Shown here: positions 26,871-39,244 of the stretch, piece after piece
How the letters are laid out: every line of letters begins with the position of its first letter
How positions within the stretch are numbered: the stretch's first letter is position 1
Assembly: GCA_965202585.1 (NCBI GenBank)
Contig: OZ241826.1
Span: forward strand, 99,324,001-99,388,000
DNA from: Thalia democratica
Lineage: Eukaryota
Reading direction: 5' to 3'
DNA: 64,000 nt
Position numbers and translations under genes: made by a program
Notes under the pieces: generated by a model
What the model was told of the DNA's origin: nothing
Seen by the model: only the letters and a program-made list of their open reading frames with translations
Database searches by the model: none

Positions 26871-27712
26871 TTTGAAACATTTTATTTCAGACTTTTCCTC
26901 CTGCGAAGGGGCAAAACGTTCTCCGTAAACTACTAAATTAATGAAGCCACTGAATGGTGCTGGAGGAGTAAAGAACGATTTTTTCTCATTGAATGATAAC
27001 GATTTACAAACTAAGATCAAACGAAAAAAAACCACACCGTCCCTTTAAACACTCTTCAAATATTCAATTGAATTCAAACTTTACAGCAATACGAGTTTTT
27101 ACTAGTTATTTGTGACTAAAACTAAAATATTTTTGAAAACTTGTTTTGAAATTGTATGATATTGTTTTAGTTATTGATTTTACATAGAAGCTGACTTTAC
27201 AAGTTAATTTTTAGCACATTTAGCTCATCAACAACTTAATTAAGGTTTTTTTTTACTGTAAGTATACTCTTGTTAGATTTACGACTGTGATTTAAATTTT
27301 TTGTAAGTACTCTTTTCTGGCCTATTATTTATTTTTTCAGTTAAATAGAAAATAAAGACTTCTTTGTATATGCATAAAGTTTCACGTATTTTGATCAGTT
27401 TGTGTCTAAAAACATTTGTGTGCTTTTAGTTTTTAACAATCGTAATATGTAAACTTTTGTCTTTGAATTGTTTTCAAATTAAAAATTAGTACCTACTTTT
27501 AACTGTTTTAACAACTAATTTGTTAAAAAGTTTTACAAAATTTTTAATCGTTTTCTTAAGTAGCCTACCATTGTAATAACTAGCGCTAATAGTATTAGAA
27601 AATTGTATTTTTTTGTTTATTTTTGACAATTTTTTTCATTCATTTTTTATTTATTTTTTAGACTCGTATGTTATAAACACCTGTTAGTAATTAAAAATAA
27701 TAGGCTTTAAAC

Positions 27713-28018
27713 CAGATTTTCTTATTATGGGGCAAAGAGAGCACCATGAGCAGTAAATGGGTCACACGGGGCTATGAGATCAAACTTTAAAACTGGCACT
27801 GGACAATATTGGAAAGTTTGAAAAATGTACTGGGCCAAACCTTTAAAAGAAAATGTTGGGGAACAAGGCTATAATTTAAAATTGACACTAAATATCCTCG
27901 AGTTGATGATGAAATTAAATAAAAGGTCTTAGGCGGTTTTAATGGTAGTTTTTTGAGGAGGGGCCATAGCTTTTATTTCTTTAAAGGGGATTTTTTTATA
28001 AAAAGTTTGGAAACCCTT
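27713..28018. mobile_element. hAT-like MITE
   Basis: Ends cagattttc / gtttggaaaccctt. TSD ctttaaac / atttaatc (6/8 match). Related sequence at ~55990-56270. Confidence 0.55.
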
Positions 28019-31000
28019 ATTTAATCAAAATCATTTAAAAAGGCCGCAATATTTACGTAGGGACTTAAATATTCAAACTTAAATATATGTTTAGTTTGCT
28101 TTAGTTTAGAGATAACAGCAAAACTAAGAGTTTCTACTTTCCAATTAGCAATATCTGTTTAAGTATAGTTTTAAGTAAATAAGGTTTACGCAGAGTCACA
28201 AAAAAATTTTTTTAGTAATCAAATTTACAAAACAGTTAATATTTATTTGTACCAGGTATGACGGGTGTATAGGTATGACGTAAGCTTCAACCTGCATGAA
28301 AAAAATATTATAAAACAGTTTATAGGTTTCTTAAATCAGTACAGTTGGTTTGGTACGATTTATTAATTTAAGTTGAAAACCGTAAGTCTATTTAAAAAAG
28401 TGTGTAATGTCTTTATCCTTAATCAATAGTACCATTGTACTCTGTATTCAGCCTTTGCTAACTTCCATCTTATACAGAAGAACAAAGATTTATATTATTG
28501 TAAATAAAAGTAGACTCTCTAATAGTTACATTATACCTACAATTTTTTTTAAAGTTTTTGGTCAGGATCAACGGTATAAAGTGCATTTATTGAAAAGTAA
28601 ATTGTTGTACACAGTAAAAGGACACATATATTTTTATTTTTACCTTAGTTTTTCCTTTGAAATTCACTTTGTTATTAGCTCTAAAAAACAATCTCAGCTG
28701 ATCTGACTAATTATTTAGTAGCAACAAGTTTTACTAAAACTCAGTACCAGCTTTCTGGAGACGTAATTAAGATTTTTTTGTTACGTAATATAATCTTCTA
28801 GTCTTGTAACGTTTATTTTTAGTGTTTTTATAAGATTAGAAGAATTTAAGGCTTGTAAATTAATAGTTAAAAAAATATATACATCTAAAAATGTTTGACT
28901 AACAATTCTTTTACAAAAAAAGCCGAATGTAAACCAGGAGCGAAAATGATATTATTTGGGTAAAAACCTTTTTATTTTTGATAGTCATAAGTGTATATGG
29001 TTTAATTATGTGTCATAATACTGCAGAAAAAATGTTTATCAGCTTAAAGTCTCGGATATTTGAGCGGTTAATTGCTGCTAAATGAGGGCTCGACTTTATT
29101 TTTTTGAAAGTTTAAAAAGATTGTATGGTTTTTAAAAAAGTAGTTTTGAAATTAAACATCTAAAACTTCGTTTTACTTCATTAAATTTAAACTTATAGTT
29201 GTTTTTTTTTACTTATGGGAATATCTTACCCATCATGTAAGTATTTTATCGAGGATCAGTACATTTCTTTGTCAATTTTAGCTGTAGCAATTAATTAAGC
29301 ATAAAAAAACAAAATTGTCTAAGATGTTGTCCAGAGATCTAAGAACTCCGGTCATCGAAACTCTTAAATGTTTCTTTTGTTTACTGTGAAATAGAAAAAA
29401 CAATATTTACAAAACTACTACTGATATTGTAAGCTTTTTATATTGAATAGTTAAATGAGGTTTCAAGTGTAAAATTTTTACGCAGTTTAAAATAAAAAAC
29501 ATTTTATTTAATAAAGTATGTGTTTTTTTAACTTTAAAACTCCTTACAAATAGTTTTAATTTTAATGATCTTAAAGATTATTTTTATTACCAGTAAAAAA
29601 AATCTTAAAAATTTGACTATCATAAACGCAATTGATAACATCTACATTTTCTTGTAACAAATCATTTTTATTCTTATAACTTTAAAATTTTTCTTCAATT
29701 CTAACCTTCAGTCGCCAGATATCTTTGCAAACAGTGTTGAAAATCTTGAATTTTTTGTTTAAAAAAACTATATTATTTATTAAGTAAAAAATACATTTTA
29801 TAACTGATAACCAATATATGTTGTTTAGTAAAAAGCTTTCTATAAAATTTCTTCAGACGCTATAAATCAGCCTTGTTTTTTGGATTTTAGAACTTTTTAA
29901 ATTTTTATAATTTTTTTTTGCAAATAACCAAACCGTACAGGCTTTACCTGACAGATGTAAATTTTATATCAGGCTTTTAGAAAATATACACAAAAATCTA
30001 AATTCTATTGAATTTTGCAAACGAATAAAAAAATCTAGAAGCATAAAAAAATAGTTTTTTTTTGCTTAGCGAGTAGTTATTGTTTTGATTTAAAAAATTG
30101 ATCTCACCATAGCATGTAACGGTAAATATGACGTAGAAAAGATAATAATGACAACTTAAACGATTCTTTAAGTTAAATATTGAAAGCATAAAAAGTTTCT
30201 GGTAAATAATTAAATTTTCCGAAACATTTTGTAGTTTAGAATAAAATAAATTTTTAAGTTTTCTAGTTAAGGTAAATAAACTTAACAGCAACTATTAATT
30301 AGTTCTCAACAAATTTTTATTTTTGTAAAGCCAAACTCTTGCACAAAACTTCTCTGTTAGCATGTATTTGCCATAAGTAAGTAAATTTTTTTATACAAAT
30401 AATTTAAAACAACTGGTGTGCATTGTAAATTTTTATGTCAAATCATATTACTTATTGTTATTAATCCATAGTTTTTGGTATTATAAGAAAACATTGTTAC
30501 GTCTACTATTTTAAATTCCTGATTTTTTCTGCATTTTCAAATTTTTATAGTCAAGTTACTTTTGCACTTTGAAAACAGATAATTTAGTTTTGTGATTTTT
30601 GTATTTAGTTTCGAATTTTTGATTTAAAAATTTAGCAGAGCCTAAATATTATTGCTTTTTGTATCCTATGCAAATTCATTGTTTCTGTAGATTTTAGAGC
30701 TTCTTTAGAATGTAAATTTGTTGAGTAATTAAGTTTATGTTAAGCTTTTGTGAAGAATATATTTGCTTTTTTGTACACCAAACTTTTGTAATGCAAAGTT
30801 AGCAGGTTTCATCTACAAAACACCAATATATAAACAAATTTCATTGTTTGTGATTTTTTTTCAATTTTTCTTTCTGAAAAATAAAACAAATACTTTGTTA
30901 TTTTTTATTAAATCTACCTTTTTTAAGTTTTGTGTTTGTCTGTTTAATCAACAAGCTAAAACTAAACAGATCTAAAGGTTAGTGATAGATAGCACAATAG

Positions 31001-31143
31001 ACATCATTTAGCAAATACAAAATCTGTTGTTAAGGTAGACTTTTAATTGTTTTGACTTGTTTTCTTTTAATCTTCTCTTATATTGAAAGGTATTACATAT
31101 TTAAAAAGTTTTGTCTGATACTTTTTTTTATCAAATCTGTTTT

Positions 31144-31563
31144 AGAAGCGTATATGCATTTGTACCTAGCCAATGATAGACAAACCTAGACAGTCGTTGG
31201 TCTGTCACCGAGTCTAATACCGGCCTTTATGGGTGCAACAAGCGTCGCCCTGAGTAAGTGTCAGCTCCCTCATTGAAAGGGAAATGCTAAATCATTTGCA
31301 GATGACCTAGTTGAAGATCAGGATGTTGTGATCGTTAGAGTAGTTTTCCGCTGCGATTCGTTAAGAGTAAACCTTTTATCTGGCTATCGAGGCCCGTGCT
31401 AGCACAATTTTGCTCCAACAGCCCACAATTCAGCACCTCGACAATGCCGCGATGATCCGACCCATTTGCGCGTCGGTGGTGCCAGGGAGCCGAAAGGCAA
31501 GCCCTGACATGGTCCAGCGCGGCTATTCGTTCTGAACCCCCCAAATACAAAAGGTGTTCGCTT
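31144..31563 (+). mobile_element. 420-bp non-coding, structured insertion related to the 3' UTR of the R2-like element
   Basis: GC-rich and absent from the paralogous site (~59885). 31266-31408 is homologous to the reverse complement of 52376-52517. Possible degenerate ~8-bp TSD tctgtttt / cctgcgtt. Confidence 0.75.
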
Positions 31564-34500
31564 CCTGCGTTGCCTTTTGGAGCAACAAACTAATTGAAAA
31601 CAAATTAAACATTTTATGTTAGGCAGCACGTTTGCTTCATTTTTCTTAAATTAAATACAATTTTGCAACAGTTTTTCTATAACGAAAACATTTTCGTTAA
31701 AAAAGAACGTCTGATACGTAGACTTGGTTAACATAATTGATTTTTAGTTTTGTTTCATGAAATAAGTCATTTTGTTTTAGCCTTAAAATTAAATGTTGTG
31801 ACAACGACTATTATAAAGCGATGATCTTTGTTATATAATTTGGCTTTTACTTGTAAAAATAATTTTGTAGTTTGCAAATAAATAACTAACTTTCGAGTTT
31901 TGTTCGATTTATTTTTATTTTCTTTAAAAAACAAATAGAGCCTTAATTTTTATATTTCGTCTGTGGTACATTTACTAGGTCTGTTTAAATTTTTTTAGAA
32001 ATAACATTGTTGAGTACTTGGATTTGTTATAAACTTGTGTTAAAAAGTGTTTGGTTGTTTGTACTTCAGTTTTTTTGTAAATTTAAAAGTAGCAGGTATA
32101 CAAAAGACTGTTAACTGATTTATTTTCAAACTCTTCTACTAAAAGATACTACAATTTTAATCCGTTAGGTCTGACAATTCGTTTTTCATTTACTCTGTGT
32201 TTGCCTTTTGGAGCAACAAGCAAAACAGATCAAAAATGTTAAGATAAATGGCACGCTTTTTTCGTAACTTGAAATTTTGTACGTAGTTTCTTTTCAAACG
32301 ATCCAAAAATATTAATCGATTGTATTTTTAAAGTTTTTATTTTTATAATAAATGTGTAGTAAAACAATTTTAAGATAATACTTCAAGTTTTTCGTCTGTT
32401 CGATAAAACTGTGTGCCTTAGTTTTTCAATAATTTAGTTTTATTAGATATGATAATACAACGTTACTATTGCTATATTGATTGATTTTACTCTAAAGCGT
32501 TTTTAAGAGGTATGACTACTTAAAGTAATTTAACTTGTGTTTTCAAAGCTTTTACCCATTTTGCTTTGGCAATTTGTATTTGTATATAAATAACCAACAC
32601 CAATAGTTTTTAACTTTAGTATTTAGATTTTCGTATAACAGGCTAAAATTAAACTTTATAATTAACAATTAATTAAAAACAATAAAAAACAGCTTGGTAT
32701 ATAATTCTGAAGTATGTAATTATTATGTTTTTTTTATTATAACATGCGTTTTCAAATTTTTTAAACAACTTTAGATTGTCTGTTATAACCTCAATAAAGT
32801 TTAGTATACATATAATATGAACTTAAAGACTGTAGTATATTTCTTGAGGCACACTTTTATTTTAATCGGTAGTATTTGTATTATCTTTAAAGCTGATTAA
32901 ACAAAGAAATTAAATGGAAAATCATCAAGTAAAAAACTCTAAAAAACAAAAGTTTAACTATTCACATTTTATTACATATAAAGTATTTAGAAAACCACTT
33001 AAAACAACTAACTTGATCGAAAATAATTATATAAAAAACTTCTTTAATTTATCAGCAGAGAGGCACAAAAACATTTTAGAACAAAATGCTTTCTTTTAAC
33101 ACATAGTTTAATGAATTAAGTCTATTTATTAACCTAAAATATTGATTCATGATAATTATCAACTAGTGCTGAGAAAATTTTTTAAAATTGATCTGTAAAG
33201 AAATATTAATTTTTAAAGTTACTAAATAAAAATATCTTTATTACCTTAAAAACTAGCGATATTTTTGGGAAATTGGAAAAATTATAAAGAGGTTTGAGAA
33301 TAATTTTAAAATATATGTTTAGTGTACATCTATTGAAAGAATACAAGTTTATAACAGATATAAAAAAATTGTTGAAAATTATTTAAAATTAAATTAGTGT
33401 TACAAAACAAAACTCAATTTTATGCACCAGAGGTTTAATTTGGCTAAAATCTTATAAGCTACCTTAAATGTAATATTTAAAAAAACTTTTTTTATATGTA
33501 ATTTTTATTAAACTAGTGACTTTAAATTTTGCATGTTTTGAAACGAGTTATTCAAAACAAAAAACCTAGAAGTTAAAAGACACTTTTAGACTACAATAGA
33601 AGATAGGTGCATAAAAATACAATTGATATTTAAATGATAAGCTCTTAATAGCAGAGTCGAACATTTAAAAATAAAAACAAACCAAGACAAAAACTTGATT
33701 TAAACTTTTTATTTTAGTTTTCGTATTTACTGATACAGAACTTTTATTTATTTTTTAATTACATAATTTTTATAAACCCATAACATATAGTAATTTAAAC
33801 ATGCACGTTTCGCTGGTCTGTAACTAATAACTTGTACAATTTTACTAAAATAATACTAAGCTATTAACAACCGCTTTAATCCGACTACTCTTTTAACCTG
33901 ACTTTATTAGCTACTTTAGACCGACATTGAGGCCTTATGTAAGTTATGAGTTATATTTCTAAAAACGTTGCTGTGAAAGATGAGTCTACCGCAGGCCATA
34001 GTTCTTTCAAAATAGTTGTACTAAGCAACTTAAAAATACTAATTGAAAAGAAGCATGTGTTAAAATAAACAGTAGTATAAGCGTAGTAATAAGTATTTAT
34101 TAATTTAAGAACCTACTTGTAAGCTTTTACCACAAAAACTTAACTCATTACTGTTTTAAATTGGGTACGTTTTAAGATAAAGGGTACCTAGCTACCCCCA
34201 GATTTTGGGCTTCGGGACGTAATACACCGACCCTTACTTAAGACTATAAACAGAAAAATTTATTAGAAGGAAAAAGAAAAACAGTTATATACTTGTTTTG
34301 TTTAAAAATTTTCTAAATTTAGAATTGTTTTTTTAGGTATAACTTTCTATATAGTTTTTAACAGTATGGCTATCAAATAAAGGTAAAGTTTTATTAAGTA
34401 GGTTGAAAAATACCTTTTACTATATTGTTAAATTGTCTTACAACAAATTACAAAAAATTGATACAACAAATCTTAAAGTATTATTTGCACGTCAACTCAA

Positions 34501-36062
34501 AAATGGACAAGCTGGTAAAACCGGACTTATTCTAGATAGGGCCCTTCCGTTTTGTCAAGGAGCCGACTTTCAAAATAGTTTAAGTCCCCCCGAAGCAACC
34601 TTGAGGCAACAAGACAAAATTCGGCCAACTGTTTAGAAGTCTCCGTAGCGAATAAAAATCAATTAGTAAGAAGACCGGCTCATTTTTATTCTGGTCAGGG
34701 CGAAAACTTGATAATTAACTCACATCCAGTCAAATTTTGTCAAGATAACTGAGTATCAAACTGTTTATGAGTCTTGTTCAATCTTTACCTGGATTGGTAT
34801 TTGTTTACTATGATGTTCTATGCATTTTTTTTTTAAAAACAATCTTATATAAACATGTATTTAGATGTGAAAAGCTTTTTTGAAACAAAACTATTATTCA
34901 ACTAACTATTCAAAATGTTACAATTAACTAAATATAGTTTTATTAGTTATTTTTACTAATCTTATTACATATCAAAAGCTTATCAGTCTTAGCTTAAAAA
35001 AAAATAAAAATTAAAACTTTAATCTTAAATTTTTCACCTTTGTTTTAGTAAAAATTATCAATGTAAAATTAACTAATGTTTATTATTTACAAAAGTTTAC
35101 TGTATAGTACTTAGGTATAACTTTAAAAAGTGTGATAGACTGACTTTAATAATTAAAAAAAATGTGTTAGTAAAATGATAAATTAAATTACAAGATTCTA
35201 CTAAGACAAGTTTTTTTATTTCATCAGCTTTTATTCTATGAGTAACTTAAAACTAGGTTTGTGTGTTTGAGTCGAAAAAAACAAATTTAGTGCTCTTAAC
35301 AGTATTATTGATAAAAAATTTACTTTAAAATTATAATAAATTATATTTTACATTAATTAATTATATATAATTAAAATAAAAAATAATAAAAAACAATTAT
35401 AGCCATAAATATACAATACTTCATGTTATTTATTGTAAAAAAAAGTTGTTCAGAGCAGTAAACCACTTAGTAAAACATTACAAAAGACCAAAAAGTACAA
35501 CAAATAAAAACCAGAATGAGAAATATTTTAAAGAAAGTTATTTCAATAAAAGTATAAAAATCGGTTATTAAGTATATAACTTTTTTTTCGTTAAAAAAAA
35601 TTATCCTTGCTCTACGTTTGAGATTACCATTATTTGCTGAAGGTTTTCATAATAATAAACTTAACTATAACAAATCGTTTATTTTAGTTTAATGTTAGTA
35701 AATTATTTGAATTAAATGCTAACATTTATTGTGTAACGAACAAGCTTGCATTTTATTAAAATCAATAATATAATACTAAAACCGTTTTTCAAAATTCAAA
35801 GTTCTATATAATATCAGTAGCATAGCACTTTTATATAAAGTTGTCGTAGTTTAAACTTAATAGTGTGTGTACTTTTTTTAGTTATTTTTGAATTACAAAA
35901 ACTGTTAGTGCTGACTCTAATAAAAGTTATTTACTTGTTAATGTATTGTTGAGTTAATTTTTAAGTTTGATTTTGTTTGTTAAGAGTATTATACTTTTGT
36001 TATATAAATAAAATTAAATTTAAATTAAAAATTATGTCAATTTGATGATGTTTTGCTATCGT

Positions 36063-36226
36063 ACTCGTGATTAAACCTCACCGGGTGGTATGTTATTACC
36101 GCCCGTCTGGGGTTTAATCAAGGGCATGATGCAAAGTGTATTGACACTTTGGTGACCGATGCGGGGATCGAACCCACAACTACTGGTTTTTCAGCACAAC
36201 GACCTAACCAATCAAGCTAAGCTGCC
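36063..36226 (-). mobile_element. tRNA-Ile-derived SINE-like element (paralog of 5042-5204)
   Basis: GGCAGCTTAGCTTGATTGGTTAGG...GGTTCGATCCCCGCATCGGTCA, followed by CCA (36152-36150) and two hairpins. Confidence 0.82.
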
Positions 36227-38580
36227 ACTTATAACTTCACACCTAAAAGAGTTTATAAACACAAGTAATTCATACTAATGAGAAAGAAGGCAAGTTAAGG
36301 AGAAATAAAAGAGCTAAGTTTTTAAAATCATTTAACATAATAACAATACACAAAGAAGATTTAACATGAAATTTAATTTTATAATACAAATTTTTAATAC
36401 AAAGAGTTGTTAAAACTTTCTTTGAAGGAAAATCAAAATATGATAAATTTTAGACTTTCATTTATAACAATTTTCTTAGTACTTAAAATAAAACAAAACT
36501 CTAAAAAACAGTATCCAAATTTGGTTGTGTGTTTGTAAAAAAGAATTATTTCTGACACAGTTTTTTAGAGTTTTGTTTTATTTAAATTATTAAAAAAGTT
36601 GTTATTAATGAAAGTCTAATATCTAAACCATGAAAAAAGTTAATTAAATCTTAAGAAATATATAAGTAATACATTTTTATATGGTATAGCTAAAAGGAGA
36701 TATAAAGTACCACTCCAAAATACTAAGTTACACATAGTTGTTTTTTTTTAACTTTGTTTGTATTATGACATGACATAACAGCTCATCAGATAAAAAAGCT
36801 TCATAAACTATATGAAAACAGTAATTTGTTAAGTTACATCTTGTTATATGAGCTAGGTGATGTTAATTATATTTTTTATTAGAAATGAAATTAATCAGTA
36901 CTTTTTAAAACTGTTTGTTTTTTGAAATTTAAATAAACTATTGTAATTTTTTGAAAGCTAAACATTCATTAATTTTATAACTTGAATGAATAAAAATTGA
37001 TATTTATTTACTTTTGCAAAATCTGCAATTTTAAATAATTTTAACATAAGAGTACTACTAGTTTTACCTATTCGGTCTATTTTTATTTTTTACAAATCAT
37101 AGGGAAGTTAACATGACTTAATTTTAACAAACATTTTATTACCATATATGTTCATGAAAAATTACTATTTTTTAGTTTTTGTATTTAATTTTTTTTTAAT
37201 CGCTTTAATATGTTTTCATTTAACTTATATTTTTATCTGTCAAAATATATTTTTTCATCTCAACATAGTTAGTAAAATATGAGGTTTATGTCTTAGTATC
37301 CGTGAGGTCCTTTTGAACTCAAGGTCATAAGACCAATTATTTTAACATTATTTAATCAAGTTTAATAACCTTTTTTTTTAAGTTGGTATGGACAAAAACT
37401 TATTTTTATATTAAAATAAATTGGCTCAAAGTTTTTTTATAGTTAGTTCTGAAAAGCTTAAAAGTATAATAGATTCGGGTAAAATTTTTCTTAACCAAAG
37501 TAATAGTTTTAAAACAATATTTATTGTGTTATTAGCAAATTGTATAAAAACTGAAATAAATAAAAATAATTAAAACATTTTCTTTAAATTATAGTTTTTT
37601 TATAATTTTTACTTTATTTTATGCTATTAAACAAAGTATTACAATTCTGTAAAATATCATTATAATATTGACTGTCACAACTAAAATAATCGAATTTTTT
37701 TTTTGTTATAGTTAAGTTGTATTAAAGTGCAAACTTTTACTGAAAAGTTTCTTTAGTGTAAGCATAAATTATGTTTTTTTAAATATCAAATGTCTTGGCT
37801 GGTTTAAAATAAAAAATATTTTGGTTGCAAAGAAGTCTACTAAACTTTATATCAGTTTTTCCAAACTATTTTTATCGGAAAGACTCCCTTAAAAGAAATT
37901 AAAAAAATCTATGGTCCCTCCGACAAGATTTCCCTAATTTAAGCTTCCTAGATTTTATTACCTTCGCACATTTTCTATATTTCTTAATAAAATGCCTTCG
38001 TAAAATATCTTTGGCCTTAAAAATCTAAGCTCTATTTTTTTTGACTGGAAAATTTCTTTCATTTTTCAATTAACACAAAAACACATTCAACGTGTTTAAA
38101 GACAATTTTCATGGATGTGTTTCATGTTTTTCTCTAAAAAAGCTTTAAAATAACGAAACACTATTAAAAAGTACATAAAATTCAAAAATGCCCTTATAGA
38201 ATTTTTTTATGATGATTTCTTGAGATTTAGAGTACTTTGTTAAGCAAGCATCATTAAAAAAGAAAACTTTTATGGTACTCTTAAGTCTGTACAAAGTTTT
38301 AATACTTTTCATGCAAAAAATGTTTTATTATTTCAATGATTTTACTTTGACTCGGTTATTGTAAGGTGGCTGACATTGCTCCCTTGAGACGATTTTTGCT
38401 TTTAGTGGGCAATATTTAGGAACGATAATATGATTGAGTAATTAACTAATTAAAAGGTCATTATTTTATATATCTATGAAGTTGGTATTTTATAAAATGA
38501 GTTTTGGAAACCCTGAATGAAGCACAAAAATGAATAAGTTTAGATCTGTCTCGGGGTTTTCCCATAAATGCAGTATAGAA

Positions 38581-38978
38581 CAGTGGTCTTCAAGCTTGTA
38601 AATATCCATGCAGCCTAAATTCAGAAATTAAAATTTTGTCTACCCCAATGTGTGAATAACTAGTACAAGTTTCAAATTCTGTAATATCTTGTGCAATATT
38701 TCCGAAACTTTTTATCAAAAGGCCCCCTATAAAGAAAGTAAAAAAGCTATTGCCCCCTCCAACAAGGTTTGCAAAAAAACAACAATGAAAATTGCCAAAG
38801 GTTTTTTTTTTGTTTTTAATTTTCAATTTCAGAGTATATAGGTTGAGTTGTAAGTTTCTAAAGTTTTCAAATATTTAAGTTTTTTTTGCTCTTTAAAACT
38901 TTCAAGTTCCAATACAGCAATACCAAAATAAATTTATTGTACACTAGTGTTAACTGGTGCACACTTTTAAGATCACTG
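38581..38978. mobile_element. hAT (Charlie/Buster-type) MITE
   Basis: TIRs cagtggtcttcaa / ttaagatcactg. TSD gtatagaa / gcatagaa (7/8 match). Confidence 0.75.
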
Positions 38979-39244
38979 GCATAGAAAATGGGTGACTTAT
39001 GTTTACTTTTTTTTCTTGTTGTGTATATTTATTGAATTTTTTTTTTTGAAATCGTGGTTTAAAATTTTGTTAAAAATTAAGAAATCCCTATACTAGACTT
39101 AATTTATTATAACATCTAGTGTGTTGTAAACATCAGTTTGAACATAATTTAATAAGTTTGCTGTGCTACAGCATGCAAATCATTAAAAAAACTAAAAATA
39201 CTAATAATAATAAACTCAACTAGTATTTTTTTTTCTTGTAGAGC

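Larger units (their letters stand above)
19885..37938 (+). repeat. Segmental duplication, copy A
   Basis: Colinear with 43113-64000, continuing off the window. Shared LINE, palindrome, PLE relic and GC-rich islands. The offset grows from ~23.2 to ~28.3 kb, which copy-specific insertions account for. Confidence 0.95.

Noticed and set aside
34403-34636. ORF pair 34403-34636 / 62697-62939 with similar C-terminal peptides
   Set aside because: The 5' halves are in different frames, and hand-counted substitutions in the shared part fall about evenly on codon positions (5/5/7). No sign of coding constraint.
34700-34800. Spliced-leader RNA gene candidate (minus-strand ccag|gtaaag with an AATTTG Sm-like site)
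   Set aside because: The Sm-like site is not kept in copy B and the upstream sequence resembles no SL exon I know.
36150-36226. Functional tRNA gene
   Set aside because: Acceptor and anticodon stems are mismatched, the anticodon loop differs between the two copies, and a SINE-like tail follows.
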